Below are positions 1 to 9,830 of a stretch of DNA of 64,000 bases, piece after piece; positions within the stretch are counted from its first letter, which is position 1, and each line of letters starts with the position of its first letter. The notes under the pieces were generated by a model. It ran no database searches, was not told the origin of the DNA, and saw only the letters and a list, made by a program, of their open reading frames with translations. Position numbers and translations under genes: made by a program. The stretch comes from Planctomycetota bacterium (GTDB lineage Bacteria; Planctomycetota; MHYJ01; WSZJ01): positions 1-64,000 of the forward strand of contig JBBTCT010000008.1 in assembly GCA_038060895.1 (NCBI GenBank), written 5' to 3'.

Positions 1-131
1 GGCAGGCGGGCCAGCGGGCGGGCGGGCCAGCGGGCAGGCGGGCCAGCGGGCGGGCTAACTGCAAAACGACGCCTGATTCTCGGTGGGTGGCCTTTGCCCG
101 CTCGCCCGCTCGCCCGCTCGCCCGCTGGCCC
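1..131. repeat. Inverted pair of GCGGGCNN octamer arrays (left 1-55, right 96-131)
   Basis: gcgggcca/gcgggcgg/gcgggcag units on the left; (gcccgctc)x3 gcccgctg on the right is the reverse-complement unit; may extend beyond the window start. Confidence 0.8.
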
Positions 132-203
132 TTCCGCCCCCGTGCCTGCTCGCAACTGTCGTGATATTCTCCCCCCCTCTCCCACTCCACAAGGATCCTG
201 CCC

Positions 204-1340
204 ATGCGCTTTGCCCTCGCCGCCGCCCTCCTGGCACTTCCGCTCGCCGCCCGCGCCCAGGCTCCCGAAACGCTCGATGAAAAGGCGTGCATGGAAGTCG
301 TGAAGAAAATCGAAGCCGCCGTTGCAGCAGCCGACGGGGAGGCTTTCGACGAGGTGCTCGGCCTCCGCGTCATCCTGGAGAAGATCGTCAAGGACCTGGA
401 GACGGAGGACAAGAACAAGAAGGACTTCATCGAGGGCGTGATGTCCGCGTCCCTGGGCACCCAGATCACCGACCAGCTCACCGCGGGAGGCACGATCAAG
501 TTCCTTCGCCTCCACGTCGTGGACGGCCGCACCCGCGCCCTTTTCCGGATGCTCAACCCCAACGGCGGCGTGAACTACCACGACTGGATCCTCGTGAAGG
601 ACGGCGACGGCGCCAGGACCGAGGACCTTTACATCTACCTCATGGGCGAGTCGCTCGCGCGGACCTTCAAGCGCGAATTCCTGAAGGGCATCGCGGTCAT
701 GAGCAAGGCGCCCGGGAATCTCAAGGGCTGGGAGAAGGACTTCCTGGACGCCCAGCCGAAAGTGGCCGAGATGCAGGCCGCGGTCAAGGACGGCGACTCG
801 AAGAAGGCGCTCAAGATCTACAACGATCTGCCCCAGACCGTGAGAGAAGACAAGCTCACCATGATCCAGCGTGTCTCCATCGCGCTCGAGGTCGGGGACG
901 CGGAGTACACCGCGGCCCTCGCCGACTGGGAGAAACTCTTCCCCGGCGACCCCAGCATGGACCTCATGCAGATCGACGCCTTCGCGATGAAGGGCGAATT
1001 CGAGAAGTCCGCTGACGTCGTCGCACGGCTGGCGAAAACGATCGGGGGCGACCCGTTTCTCGACGGCATGCGCGCCGGACTTTTCCTGCAAGCCGGGAAA
1101 CTCGACGAAGCGACCGCCAGCGCGGAGAAAGCAGCGAAAGAGGAGAAGGGACTGGCCCTTCCGCACTTCGTCCTGCTGCAGGTCTCGCTGAAGAAGAAGG
1201 ATCACGCCGCGACGGTGCGCGAGCTGACGGTGCTCGAGAAGGAGTGCGGCGTGCCGATTCTCGATTTCGAGGCCGAGGAGGGCTTCGAATCCTTCGTGGA
1301 GTCGGAGGAGTACAAGAAATGGAAGGAAGGGCGGAAGTAG
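204..1340 (+). CDS. Secreted hypothetical protein with TPR-like helical C-terminus
   Basis: 378-aa ORF, signal peptide MRFALAAALLALPLAARA, genome-typical codon usage. Confidence 0.8.
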   Translation: MRFALAAALLALPLAARAQAPETLDEKACMEVVKKIEAAVAAADGEAFDEVLGLRVILEKIVKDLETEDKNKKDFIEGVMSASLGTQITDQLTAGGTIKFLRLHVVDGRTRALFRMLNPNGGVNYHDWILVKDGDGARTEDLYIYLMGESLARTFKREFLKGIAVMSKAPGNLKGWEKDFLDAQPKVAEMQAAVKDGDSKKALKIYNDLPQTVREDKLTMIQRVSIALEVGDAEYTAALADWEKLFPGDPSMDLMQIDAFAMKGEFEKSADVVARLAKTIGGDPFLDGMRAGLFLQAGKLDEATASAEKAAKEEKGLALPHFVLLQVSLKKKDHAATVRELTVLEKECGVPILDFEAEEGFESFVESEEYKKWKEGRK

Positions 1341-1351
1341 GTCGGCGTCCC

Positions 1352-1969
1352 ATGAAGACCGGGTCACTGTCCGCGGCCATCCCCTGTGCGGCGGCGGGGA
1401 TTCACGCGGCGGCGGCGTTCGCGATGCTGCTCGTCATCAGCCCTGCGGCGGACCCGGGGATTCCTCTTCCTGCGCGAATCGACTGGTTCGTGGGGCACCG
1501 CGAGCTCTGGCAGGCCAGTTGGATCTGCTGGATGCTCGGGGCGCTGAGCCTGATCGCCTTTTACGGGTGGTGGGGAACTCGGACCGCTTCCAGGAGGGTC
1601 ACCGGCATCGCCGTCGTGACCGCGGTTCTCGGCGCCTGCTTCGACCTGACGTGGGAAGCGCGGCTCGTGGCGGCGAATCGGGATAACGTGGTCGAAGTGC
1701 TTCGCGGCGCCGGGTTCTGGACCACGGTTTTCGCGAACGGTTTCTACTGCATCGCCGGCGTCATCCTCACGGTTGTCACTCCCGGACTTCCCTGGTGGCT
1801 TCGCGCCTGGACCTGGGCTATCTGGATTGTCGGCTTCGGCATGTCGGCCGCCGGCGCGGTGCAGTGGATGCCCGGCATCAAGATCACGACGGGGGTCATC
1901 ACGGTCCTCCTCGTCCCGTGGTTCGTGGTCCTGGGCCGCTTCCTTAAGACGAGCACCGCTCCCGCATGA
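1352..1969 (+). CDS. Multi-pass membrane protein, function unknown
   Basis: ATG at 1352 just after the previous stop; several hydrophobic Trp-rich segments; ATGA overlap with the next gene. Confidence 0.7.
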   Translation: MKTGSLSAAIPCAAAGIHAAAAFAMLLVISPAADPGIPLPARIDWFVGHRELWQASWICWMLGALSLIAFYGWWGTRTASRRVTGIAVVTAVLGACFDLTWEARLVAANRDNVVEVLRGAGFWTTVFANGFYCIAGVILTVVTPGLPWWLRAWTWAIWIVGFGMSAAGAVQWMPGIKITTGVITVLLVPWFVVLGRFLKTSTAPA

Positions 1970-2499
1970 ATCCGATCATCCGGCCCGCAACGGAGGCCGA
2001 CATCCCTGGCATCGCGCGCGTCCACGTGGACACCTGGCGCACGGCGTACCGCGGGATCGTCGACGCGGGCTACTTGGAGTCGCTGTCCTACGAGGATTTC
2101 GAGAAGCGCCGCCGCGAGCGACTTGCAACTGCAGGGACAAGGACGTTCGTGGGGGAAGTCGGCGGGGAAGTCGTGGCGTTCGCGACGGCGGGGCCGAACC
2201 GCGAGCTCGACGGGAAGCACGACGCGGAGCTCTATGCGATCTACGTACGGAACGCGTATGCCAGGCGCGGCATCGGGCGCGCGCTCGTCGCCGCCGTCGC
2301 CGGGTGGCTCGCCGCGGAGAAACGGCGGGCCATGATCCTGTGGGTGCTGCGCGACAACGCTCCTTCGAAGCGCTTTTACGAATCTCTCGGAGGCGCTCCC
2401 GCCGGCGAAAAGGAGGTCCGGTTCGGCACACAGGACCTGCCCCACGCCGCCTACGGGTGGCCCGACGTGGCCTCCCTCGCCTCCCGACTTTCCACCTGA
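1966..2499 (+). CDS. GNAT family N-acetyltransferase
   Basis: IRPAT..D start, ELYAIYV...RRGIGRAL acetyl-CoA motif, LWVLRDN..SKRFYESLG. Confidence 0.92.
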   Translation: MNPIIRPATEADIPGIARVHVDTWRTAYRGIVDAGYLESLSYEDFEKRRRERLATAGTRTFVGEVGGEVVAFATAGPNRELDGKHDAELYAIYVRNAYARRGIGRALVAAVAGWLAAEKRRAMILWVLRDNAPSKRFYESLGGAPAGEKEVRFGTQDLPHAAYGWPDVASLASRLST

Positions 2500-2575
2500 A
2501 GCGTTGCCCTTTCCGGTTTCCCCGCGCAAAATGTCCGCGCTTCCATTTTCCAGATCACTTTTCCGGGGGGATTTC

Positions 2576-3076
2576 ATGATCAACGCCGCCGTGCTCGAGG
2601 CCGTCAACGAGCAGATCAACAACGAGCTCGTTTCGTCCTACATCTACCTGGCGATGTCCGCGCACTGCGACGCGCAGCATTTTCACGGCTTCTCGAAGTG
2701 GCTCCGCATCCAGAGCACGGAGGAATACGGCCACGCGATGAAGCTCCTCGAGTTCCTGCAGAACCGTGGCGGCGGCGTGAAGCTGAATGCGATTCCCGAG
2801 CCGAAGATGAAATTCAAGACGATGCAGGAGGTGTTCGAGGCCGCGCTGAAGCAGGAGCAGGAGGTGTCGCGGCGGATCGACGCGCTCTACGAGCTGGCGC
2901 AGAAGGAGAAGGCGTTCTCGCTCATGGTGGAGCTGCAGTGGTTCCTGACGGAGCAGGTCGAGGAAGAGAAGTCTGCGCGCGACATCTGCGCGAAGTTCCA
3001 GCTCATCCGGAACGACCCGCTTGCCTTGCTGGAGATCGACCGCGAGCTTGGTTCGCGCGGGCCTGAAGCAAAATAG
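2576..3076 (+). CDS. ftnA: Non-heme ferritin
   Basis: NEQINNELVSSYIYLAM, EEYGHAMK and WFLTEQVEEE ferroxidase motifs; ATG 2576 after GGGGGG. Confidence 0.93.
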   Translation: MINAAVLEAVNEQINNELVSSYIYLAMSAHCDAQHFHGFSKWLRIQSTEEYGHAMKLLEFLQNRGGGVKLNAIPEPKMKFKTMQEVFEAALKQEQEVSRRIDALYELAQKEKAFSLMVELQWFLTEQVEEEKSARDICAKFQLIRNDPLALLEIDRELGSRGPEAK

Positions 3077-3095
3077 TCCGTTCCGCTGGCCTGTC

Positions 3096-3126
3096 CCGGC
3101 CGTTCCTCACGAGGAGCGGCCGGCTT
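3096..3126. terminator. Hairpin between convergent genes
   Basis: ccggccgttcctc-ac-gaggagcggccgg followed by cttt. Confidence 0.6.
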
Positions 3127-4727
3127 TATTTCCCGGGCGCGATGTATTTCCCGAACTCCTCCATGTCCGCGTACTTGTTCTCCCACGTCGTGTACATCAC
3201 TCCCTCACAGCCTCCGGCGACCTTCGCCGCGTCGAGCCATTTGAAAATCTGTTTCGGCGCGCCGTCGTAGTACCCCGCGATGAGGGTCTTGTGACCCCGG
3301 TCCGCGAAGAACTTGAGGGATTCGGCGCGCTTGTCGAAGTACCAGCACGCGACGATGACGTCCTTGTCGAGGCCTTCCCAGGAGCCCTTGAGGTCGCCCT
3401 TCACGAGGTAGTAGCCTGCGCGCGCGTTGTGGTTCGGGTCGAACATGTCGCTCCAGACGAAGATGCGGGCGTCCGGGGCGACCTCGCGGACGATCTTCGT
3501 GCAGGCCTTCACGTTGTCGGCCAGGATCGCGCCGGCGTCGAGTTTGCGCTTCACGCACGCGTCGTCCCAGCCCATCACGCGGATCTCGTCGTGGGACATG
3601 AAGTAGGCTTTCGCGCCGAAGGCGGCGTGGACGCGCTTCATCTGGTCGCGCAGGAGATCCAGCGTCTTTTGCTCGGAAGGGCAGACCATGACCTGGCCGT
3701 CGTGCACCGTGATGGCGTGGAAGTACGAGACGCGGAGGCGCGCGCCGTCCTTGAGCGCCGTTTTCAAGACCGGAGGCTCGTGCCAGACCTCGTACCCGCC
3801 TCGCCACGGAACGGTGCCCATTTTCGGGTCGGCCAGCGCTTCGAAGTCCTTCCCCTCGACGAGCGGGAGGCCGCCGTCCTCGGTGACGATGAGCGGCGCG
3901 CCGTCGCGGCGGACGAGATTCACTGGGCCCGATTCCTCGATCCTCGCGTCGTCCCACCAGAGCGAGCCTGAGTCCGCCCCCCAGGCCCCGAGGTAGACGC
4001 CGACTTCGGCCGCTTCGAGCGAGTTGAAAACGACATGGTGCTCCGTCCAGTCCTGCGTCTCCTTCGCGCCGAGGTTCGCGTGGTTGAGGGACCTCTCGCC
4101 TGCCAGCACCGCGACGCGCGGCTCGCCGCGGAAGTCCTTCGTCTTCACGCGCACCGAGATGTGGTACTGGCGCCAGGGCGCCACCTTGACCTTCTGCACG
4201 ATGCGCGCGTTCCGTTCCTTCGGGTCCTTCATGAGCGCTGCGCCGCCGTCCGCGACCACCGTCTCGTCCTTCCAGTCCCACTTCGCCAGGTCCGCCATGT
4301 CCCCGCCGCGCAGTTCGACCGCCGGGTCTGCCACCACGCGCGCCTCGCCGTTCTTCACGACGAAGAGCGCGTCGCGCACGGGAAGCCCCTCCGCCAGGTC
4401 CGGGTCCCGCGACAGCAGACCTTCCGAGTAACCGATCGGAAACACCGCCGGCACAATCTCCAGCTTCAGCCCCGCCGCCACGCGCTTCAGACGGTCCACG
4501 TTCGAGAAGTACCGCTTGTCCATGTCCTCAAGCCGCGAGAATTTCGAGTCCGAAAGCAGGACTCCCGTGTACCCGGCCATCGAGGCACGCCGGAAGAGCG
4601 CCTCGACCTCGTCCAGGTTCTTGTCCACCCACAGGTTGCGCGAAACGTAAATCCAGCGGTCGCGAAGCGGCTCTTCGGCGGCGGCGGCGCCGGCCAGCAC
4701 GAACAGCAGGGCAAATCGGAGTAGCAT
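3126..4727 (-). CDS. Secreted glycoside hydrolase (GH20-like TIM barrel with inserted CBM-like domain)
   Basis: Signal peptide; YFMSHDEIR acidic pair; VWSDMFDP; TQDWTEHHVVFNS CBM-like insert. Confidence 0.7.
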   Translation of the reverse strand: MLLRFALLFVLAGAAAAEEPLRDRWIYVSRNLWVDKNLDEVEALFRRASMAGYTGVLLSDSKFSRLEDMDKRYFSNVDRLKRVAAGLKLEIVPAVFPIGYSEGLLSRDPDLAEGLPVRDALFVVKNGEARVVADPAVELRGGDMADLAKWDWKDETVVADGGAALMKDPKERNARIVQKVKVAPWRQYHISVRVKTKDFRGEPRVAVLAGERSLNHANLGAKETQDWTEHHVVFNSLEAAEVGVYLGAWGADSGSLWWDDARIEESGPVNLVRRDGAPLIVTEDGGLPLVEGKDFEALADPKMGTVPWRGGYEVWHEPPVLKTALKDGARLRVSYFHAITVHDGQVMVCPSEQKTLDLLRDQMKRVHAAFGAKAYFMSHDEIRVMGWDDACVKRKLDAGAILADNVKACTKIVREVAPDARIFVWSDMFDPNHNARAGYYLVKGDLKGSWEGLDKDVIVACWYFDKRAESLKFFADRGHKTLIAGYYDGAPKQIFKWLDAAKVAGGCEGVMYTTWENKYADMEEFGKYIAPGK

Positions 4728-4772
4728 GACTTCAGGTTGCGCCCCCCGCGGCGCGCGTTCAAGGGGAAACGG

Positions 4773-6200
4773 ATGCGGACGATTCTTGCGGTGCTGCTCG
4801 CCCTTCCGGTCCTCGCCGGCGAGAATCTCCTGGAGAACGGCGACCTTGCCGAGTGGAAGGATGGGTTGCCCGCCGGATGGACTACGGAAAAGGGCGCGGG
4901 CGCGCCCTCGGGGAAGGAATCGGAGATCGTAAAGGGTGAGGATGGCGGAGTGCAGCTGGGCGGGGATGCCTCGACCGCGGTCTGGCGGTCCGTTTCGCAG
5001 GACGTCGCGGCGAGGGGAGGGGCGTATTACCGCCTGACGTATGAAGCGCGCGCGACCGGGCTCAAAGTCGAGCGCGGGCAGTTCGACAACGCGTGGGTCG
5101 GGCTTGCGGCCATGACAGACGAGGGGAAGACAGCCACCCGCATCTTCGACACGATGACGTCAGAAGACTGGACCGCGTTCGAGATCCTGCTGCCCCGCGC
5201 AGCGACCGCAAAACTGAGAGTTACGGCGTTCCTGTCGAAGACCGGGCGCATGGAAGCGCGCCGGTTCGTCCTCGAGGAGATGAAGCCCGCGGACAGCGGG
5301 GACGTGCTGCTCCGGCAGGTCGGGCGCTACTACAGTTATTTCGATCTCAAGAAGCTCGACTGGCCGGCGATGGTGAAGCGGCATCGGGGGAAACTTGAAG
5401 GCGCGGCGGACGCGGAGGCGTTTGCGATCGCGGTCCGCGATTTCCTCGCCGAGCTGAAGGATCCTCACGTCCACTTCTTCAAGCCCGACGGATCGAGGGT
5501 CGAGACTTTTGAGCGGACGTGGGAGCGGAACTACGACTACAAATGGGTTGGGAAGCAGGTCAAGAGTCCAGTCCAGATCGGCAAGATTGCGTTCGCCGGG
5601 ACGACCGGGGACGGTTTCGGCGTCGTCGCGATCGGCTCGCTGGTGCTTGACGACGCGACGGCGGCAAAGATCGTCGCCGAGATCGACGCGAGGCTGGACG
5701 CGCCGGGGTTCATAGTGGATCTGCGGGGGAATTCAGGAGGCGCGGAGAAGCGCGGGATGGAATTCGCGTCGATCTTCGCGGACCAGGAGCGCGTCTACGC
5801 GCTGTCGAGTTACAGGGATGGCCCGAAGCCGGCAGACCTGACCCCGCCGTTCGAGCGCCGCATCGCGCCGCGGAAAGGGAAGACGTTTACGAAGCCCGTC
5901 GTCGTGCTGATCGGGCCTGGATGCATTTCGAGCGGCGAGGGATTCGTGAAGGCAATGAAGTGCCTGCCGCATGTCACGCTCGTGGGACTTGCAACCGCAG
6001 GAGCGAGCGGCAACCCGGCGCCGATCGAGCTCCCGAACGGGGTCACAGTCTGGTTCTCGCGGTGGGTGGACATGCTCCCGGACGGGATTTCGACGGAAGG
6101 GAAGGGGATTGCGCCGGATGTGGAGGTGAAGCAGGAGGGCGCGGGGGATGCTGCGTTCCTGAAGGCGGTCGAGATTCTGAAGGAGAAGACGAAGAAGTAG
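4773..6200 (+). CDS. Secreted S41-family peptidase with N-terminal CBM-like domain
   Basis: IVDLRGNSGG, CISSGE nucleophile region, G.ATAGASG and EGKGIAPDV motifs. Confidence 0.88.
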   Translation: MRTILAVLLALPVLAGENLLENGDLAEWKDGLPAGWTTEKGAGAPSGKESEIVKGEDGGVQLGGDASTAVWRSVSQDVAARGGAYYRLTYEARATGLKVERGQFDNAWVGLAAMTDEGKTATRIFDTMTSEDWTAFEILLPRAATAKLRVTAFLSKTGRMEARRFVLEEMKPADSGDVLLRQVGRYYSYFDLKKLDWPAMVKRHRGKLEGAADAEAFAIAVRDFLAELKDPHVHFFKPDGSRVETFERTWERNYDYKWVGKQVKSPVQIGKIAFAGTTGDGFGVVAIGSLVLDDATAAKIVAEIDARLDAPGFIVDLRGNSGGAEKRGMEFASIFADQERVYALSSYRDGPKPADLTPPFERRIAPRKGKTFTKPVVVLIGPGCISSGEGFVKAMKCLPHVTLVGLATAGASGNPAPIELPNGVTVWFSRWVDMLPDGISTEGKGIAPDVEVKQEGAGDAAFLKAVEILKEKTKK

Positions 6201-6235
6201 CGAGGTCCTGGCGAAAATGACTTCGAATAAAGTCT

Positions 6236-6279
6236 TACGCGGATAAAGGCTGATCTTGCGGAAACGGCCGCGGATACGG
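6236..6279. repeat. Single-arm copy of the REP-like palindrome at 17787-17892
   Basis: tacgcggataaaggc...gcggaaacggccgcggat is shared with 17850-17889. Confidence 0.8.
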
Positions 6280-6299
6280 ACTTCAAAGCGGGCGTGCGA

Positions 6300-7913
6300 T
6301 TACTTCTTCGGGGCTTCTTCCTTTTCCCTCGCACTCGCCAGCACATCCAGCCGCTCCGTCCGGACGTCCCGGGCGACACGCAGGTCGTCGCCAATCTCCA
6401 GCCACCCGTCCATGTTCGCGACGCACGCGGGCCACTCGACGAAATCCTGGATGTTCGGGTCGCCCGTCTTCACGAACTGCGCCCACGCGTCACACAGTTT
6501 CCGCGCGAGCATGTGGTCGGTCTGGTCGTGGCCGACCGGACCGACCATGTTCCCGAACGTGTAGGCGGTTTCCGCGCCGTGGTAGGCGCCGATCTTGCGC
6601 TTCTCCGCTCCAGGTGAGACTCGCGAGAAGAAATAGAGGTACACCTTGCGCCCGCGCTCGGCATGCGCGCGGGCGACGAAGCGTACGGGCTCCACGGCGA
6701 GGGCGTCGGAGTAGAGTTCCACGACCATGGCGGGGACGTCGTCCCGGAGATTCGGCGCGAAGGCCTTCCAGATCGGCTCCGGGTCGCCCGGAAACTCCCG
6801 CTTCACCCAGTCGTTGTACTGCCAGACGTCCACCACGCCCTTCGGCACGCCGAAGATCGACCCGTCGTTTGCGTTGGCGCCGCAGATGATCGGCATATCG
6901 GCCTGCTGCCCGTTGCGCCACATTGTCCAGGGGTCGTCGGGGATGAGCACTCCGTCGATCACGGGACCCCACTGCTCGCCGACGCCGAATGGGCCTTCGG
7001 CAGTCTGGGCGCCCTCGAAAAGCTCCTCGATCGACCTCGACCGAAGCGCCTCGAGCGGCTTGTCGGCGCCGCACTTGAGCCGCGAGAGGAGAAACTCCCC
7101 CTGGTCTTCGCCGGAATCCAGCGAGCCGCGCGGCTCACGCAGCTTGCGCCGGATCCACCGCGGCCCCGCGCCCTGCAGGATCGCGCGCTGAAACAGGCCC
7201 TTCGCCTTTGGACAGACCATGAGCGCCGCGATGCATGCCGCGCCTCCCGACTGCCCCGCGACCGTGACCTTGCCCGGATCGCCGCCGAATTTCGCGATGT
7301 TGCGCTTTACCCACTCCAGCGCCGCGATCTGGTCCATCAGCCCGTAATTCCCCGACACGCCGTCCGCGGATTCTTTCGACAGCTCCGGGTGAGCCAGCCA
7401 CCCGAGCACGCCGAGGCGGTAGTTGAACGAGACTACGACGACTTTCCTCTTCGCCAGGAATTCGCCTTCGTAGATCGGTTCCGAAGAAGCGCCCCTTGCG
7501 AATCCGCCGCAGGAGCCGTGGATCCAGACGAACACGGGGAGCTTGTCGGTCACGCGCTTCGCCGGCGACCAGACGTTGATGCGAAGGCAATCCTCGGCCT
7601 TGTTCTGGACGTCCGGAGGGAGGGCGAGCGCGGACGGCGGCTGGTGGCAGGCGGGGCCGAAGTCGGTGCAGTTCATCAGGCCCTGCCAGGGGGCGACGAG
7701 CTGTGGCGGTTTCCAGCGAAGCGGCCCGACCGGGGGCGCGGCGTAAGGGATGCCCTTCCACGCGGTGACGCCGCCCATGGGCGATTCCTCGCCACCGCCG
7801 ATCTTGCCGCCGTCGACGATGATCGGCTCGGCGATTTTCGGGCCGGGTTCGTCCTGGGCGAGGGCGAGGGTGGAGAGGAAGGCGAAGGGGAGCGAGAGGA
7901 GCCGCTTGAACAT
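6300..7913 (-). CDS. Type-B carboxylesterase/lipase (para-nitrobenzyl esterase-like), secreted
   Basis: GIPYAAPPVG, EDCLRINVW, GNYGLMDQ, GQSGG nucleophile elbow, AYHGAE. Confidence 0.93.
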   Translation of the reverse strand: MFKRLLSLPFAFLSTLALAQDEPGPKIAEPIIVDGGKIGGGEESPMGGVTAWKGIPYAAPPVGPLRWKPPQLVAPWQGLMNCTDFGPACHQPPSALALPPDVQNKAEDCLRINVWSPAKRVTDKLPVFVWIHGSCGGFARGASSEPIYEGEFLAKRKVVVVSFNYRLGVLGWLAHPELSKESADGVSGNYGLMDQIAALEWVKRNIAKFGGDPGKVTVAGQSGGAACIAALMVCPKAKGLFQRAILQGAGPRWIRRKLREPRGSLDSGEDQGEFLLSRLKCGADKPLEALRSRSIEELFEGAQTAEGPFGVGEQWGPVIDGVLIPDDPWTMWRNGQQADMPIICGANANDGSIFGVPKGVVDVWQYNDWVKREFPGDPEPIWKAFAPNLRDDVPAMVVELYSDALAVEPVRFVARAHAERGRKVYLYFFSRVSPGAEKRKIGAYHGAETAYTFGNMVGPVGHDQTDHMLARKLCDAWAQFVKTGDPNIQDFVEWPACVANMDGWLEIGDDLRVARDVRTERLDVLASAREKEEAPKK

Positions 7914-7955
7914 GGGCTTATGGTAACTGTTCGGTCAGGGTCATCCCGCGCCGCT

Positions 7956-9218
7956 CTATCTCAGGTCGACCACGCCCGTGAACCACATCTCCGGGTCTTT
8001 CCTCCGGCCGATCGTGTCCAGCATCACCGCGAGCGACGGCTTCACCGTCCCGTTGAACAGTTCCTTTCCCTCACCATCCACTACGACCACCGGCTGGTCG
8101 AACTTCACCATCTTGTCGTTCACGAAGATCGACAGATTCGCCGCGTTCCCGCGCACCGTGAATTTGTTCCCTTCGCGCTCGACGTCGAACTTTCCGCCGC
8201 CGGCACTGCTGCGGATCCAGTAGAAGTCAGTCTTGTAGCTGCGCGACGGCTCCCAAAGGACGCGCTTCGGCAACGGATCGCGCTTCTTCGCGAACACGTA
8301 CTTCCAGATCTCCTGGCAGCCTTCCTTGGGGAGACCGTGGCCGATGTCGGTGTACTTCTTGAACACGAAGTCGAACGCGCCGTAGTCCTTCTTCAGACCC
8401 TCAAGCACCTCGGCCGCGCGGATCGAACTGTCGGGGCGCACCTGCTTGTCGTCGGTCGAGTTGAAGAACCAGAAGGGCATGTTCTTGAGGTTCGGGAGGA
8501 TGCCGCTGGCAATGATCAGCTTGCCGTCGCCGTCCTTGCCGCCGACGAAAATGCCGCCGGCCATCGCCGCGCCCGCGGCGAACAGGTCCGCGTGGCGCGG
8601 GCCGATCGACCAGGTGCCGTAGCCGCCCATGGAATGGCCGGCGATGTAGACGCGGTTCGTATCGACGGCGTACGTGCGCTTGAGGTCATCGAGGATGGCG
8701 AGGACGTACTGCTCTTCGCGTTCCGTGTTCCACGCCGAGTCCGTCTTCTCGATCACCGTCGGCCAGACGTGCGTCATGCCGGGAGCGGGCGCGCCCAGAA
8801 GCGACCGGATCTGTCCGCTGTCGCCGACCCCCGCGCCGCCGCCGTGGAGGATGATGCAGACCCCGGCCGGCTGCCCCTTCTTCGCGCCCGAGGCCACCTG
8901 GATCTCGAATTCCCCGGCGTGATCCGGGTCCGTGCACGTCACCTTCGGCTTTTCAGCCAGCCGCGGGCCGGCCTTCGTCCACTGAAACGCCTTCGACGCG
9001 AGCTTTCCCATGTCGGTCTTCGAAGGGTGGTCGATCGCCCGCATCCGCTCCACCGCTGTTTCGCGGTCCGCGTCCGTCTTCCCCTCGAAGTACGCCTTGA
9101 TCGCCGCCTCCGCCTCCTTCGACTCCGCGGCGGTCAGCGCCTCCGCCGGCTTTGCGGCCTGGGCGAATGCGAGGGCCGGGAAAAAGAGGATTGCGAGGGC
9201 GAGGGATAGGCGTCTCAT
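7956..9218 (-). CDS. Secreted alpha/beta hydrolase (esterase/peptidase-like)
   Basis: Likely start MRRLSLALAIL at 9218; LHGGG, VDTNRVYIAGHSMGG, D..V and GHG triad motifs. Confidence 0.85.
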   Translation of the reverse strand: MRRLSLALAILFFPALAFAQAAKPAEALTAAESKEAEAAIKAYFEGKTDADRETAVERMRAIDHPSKTDMGKLASKAFQWTKAGPRLAEKPKVTCTDPDHAGEFEIQVASGAKKGQPAGVCIILHGGGAGVGDSGQIRSLLGAPAPGMTHVWPTVIEKTDSAWNTEREEQYVLAILDDLKRTYAVDTNRVYIAGHSMGGYGTWSIGPRHADLFAAGAAMAGGIFVGGKDGDGKLIIASGILPNLKNMPFWFFNSTDDKQVRPDSSIRAAEVLEGLKKDYGAFDFVFKKYTDIGHGLPKEGCQEIWKYVFAKKRDPLPKRVLWEPSRSYKTDFYWIRSSAGGGKFDVEREGNKFTVRGNAANLSIFVNDKMVKFDQPVVVVDGEGKELFNGTVKPSLAVMLDTIGRRKDPEMWFTGVVDLR

Positions 9219-9295
9219 GCGCCGAGAGCATAACGGGAATCGATGGTGAAAAAAAAGGGCGGAAACGCTGGAAGCGCTTCTACCCTGGATAACTC

Positions 9296-9370
9296 TCGAT
9301 TCGACTCGCCCTGCTCGGCCTTCGCGGAGCCCCTTCGATTCGCTTCGCTCGCTCAGTGCGGAGCCAGGCT
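9296..9370. repeat. REP-like structured intergenic sequence
   Basis: tcgattcgactcgc and ccttcgattcgcttcgctcgctcag degenerate repeats; single copy in the window. Confidence 0.35.
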
Positions 9371-9691
9371 TTAATCCAGCTGCAGCATCGGCCTGATCGT
9401 CTGCCATTCCTTTTCGGTGCGGGCGCGGAGCATGTAGGTCTTGTCGCCGATCTCGCCTCGTTCCATCACGGTCCAGCCGAGGCTGCGGAGGGCGACGAGT
9501 GCGGAATCCTGCTCGGCGGGGGTGCCGCGCCGGAGGGTTTCCAGAAGGACCTCGTCGGCTCCGGGAGGCAGCGAACGGCACTGGTCCTCCCATTTCCGCC
9601 GGAACTGGGAACCGTTGGGCGGAATGGGCTGGAGGAGGAACGTCTGGATCTTGGCGACGATGCTGTCTGGGACGGGGTGCAGGTTTCTCAT
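9371..9691 (-). CDS. Hypothetical protein (106 aa)
   Basis: ATG preceded by AGGAG on the minus strand; plausible protein composition. Confidence 0.65.
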   Translation of the reverse strand: MRNLHPVPDSIVAKIQTFLLQPIPPNGSQFRRKWEDQCRSLPPGADEVLLETLRRGTPAEQDSALVALRSLGWTVMERGEIGDKTYMLRARTEKEWQTIRPMLQLD

Positions 9692-9830
9692 TCGTAGTAT
9701 CTCCTGCCCTGTATAACGGCATTTGGGCGGGTGAACATTCCCCCAACATCGCGAATTAAGGAGCTTAAGGGAAGAAAAAAAACACCGGCGGGGGGTGCCC
9801 TCAGTATGGAAAGTGCTTCAGGACAATGAG

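Noticed and set aside
9219-9749. N-terminal extension of the 597-aa ORF 7956-9749
   Set aside because: It overlaps the 9371-9691 gene and a repeat, and the signal peptide starts at 9218.
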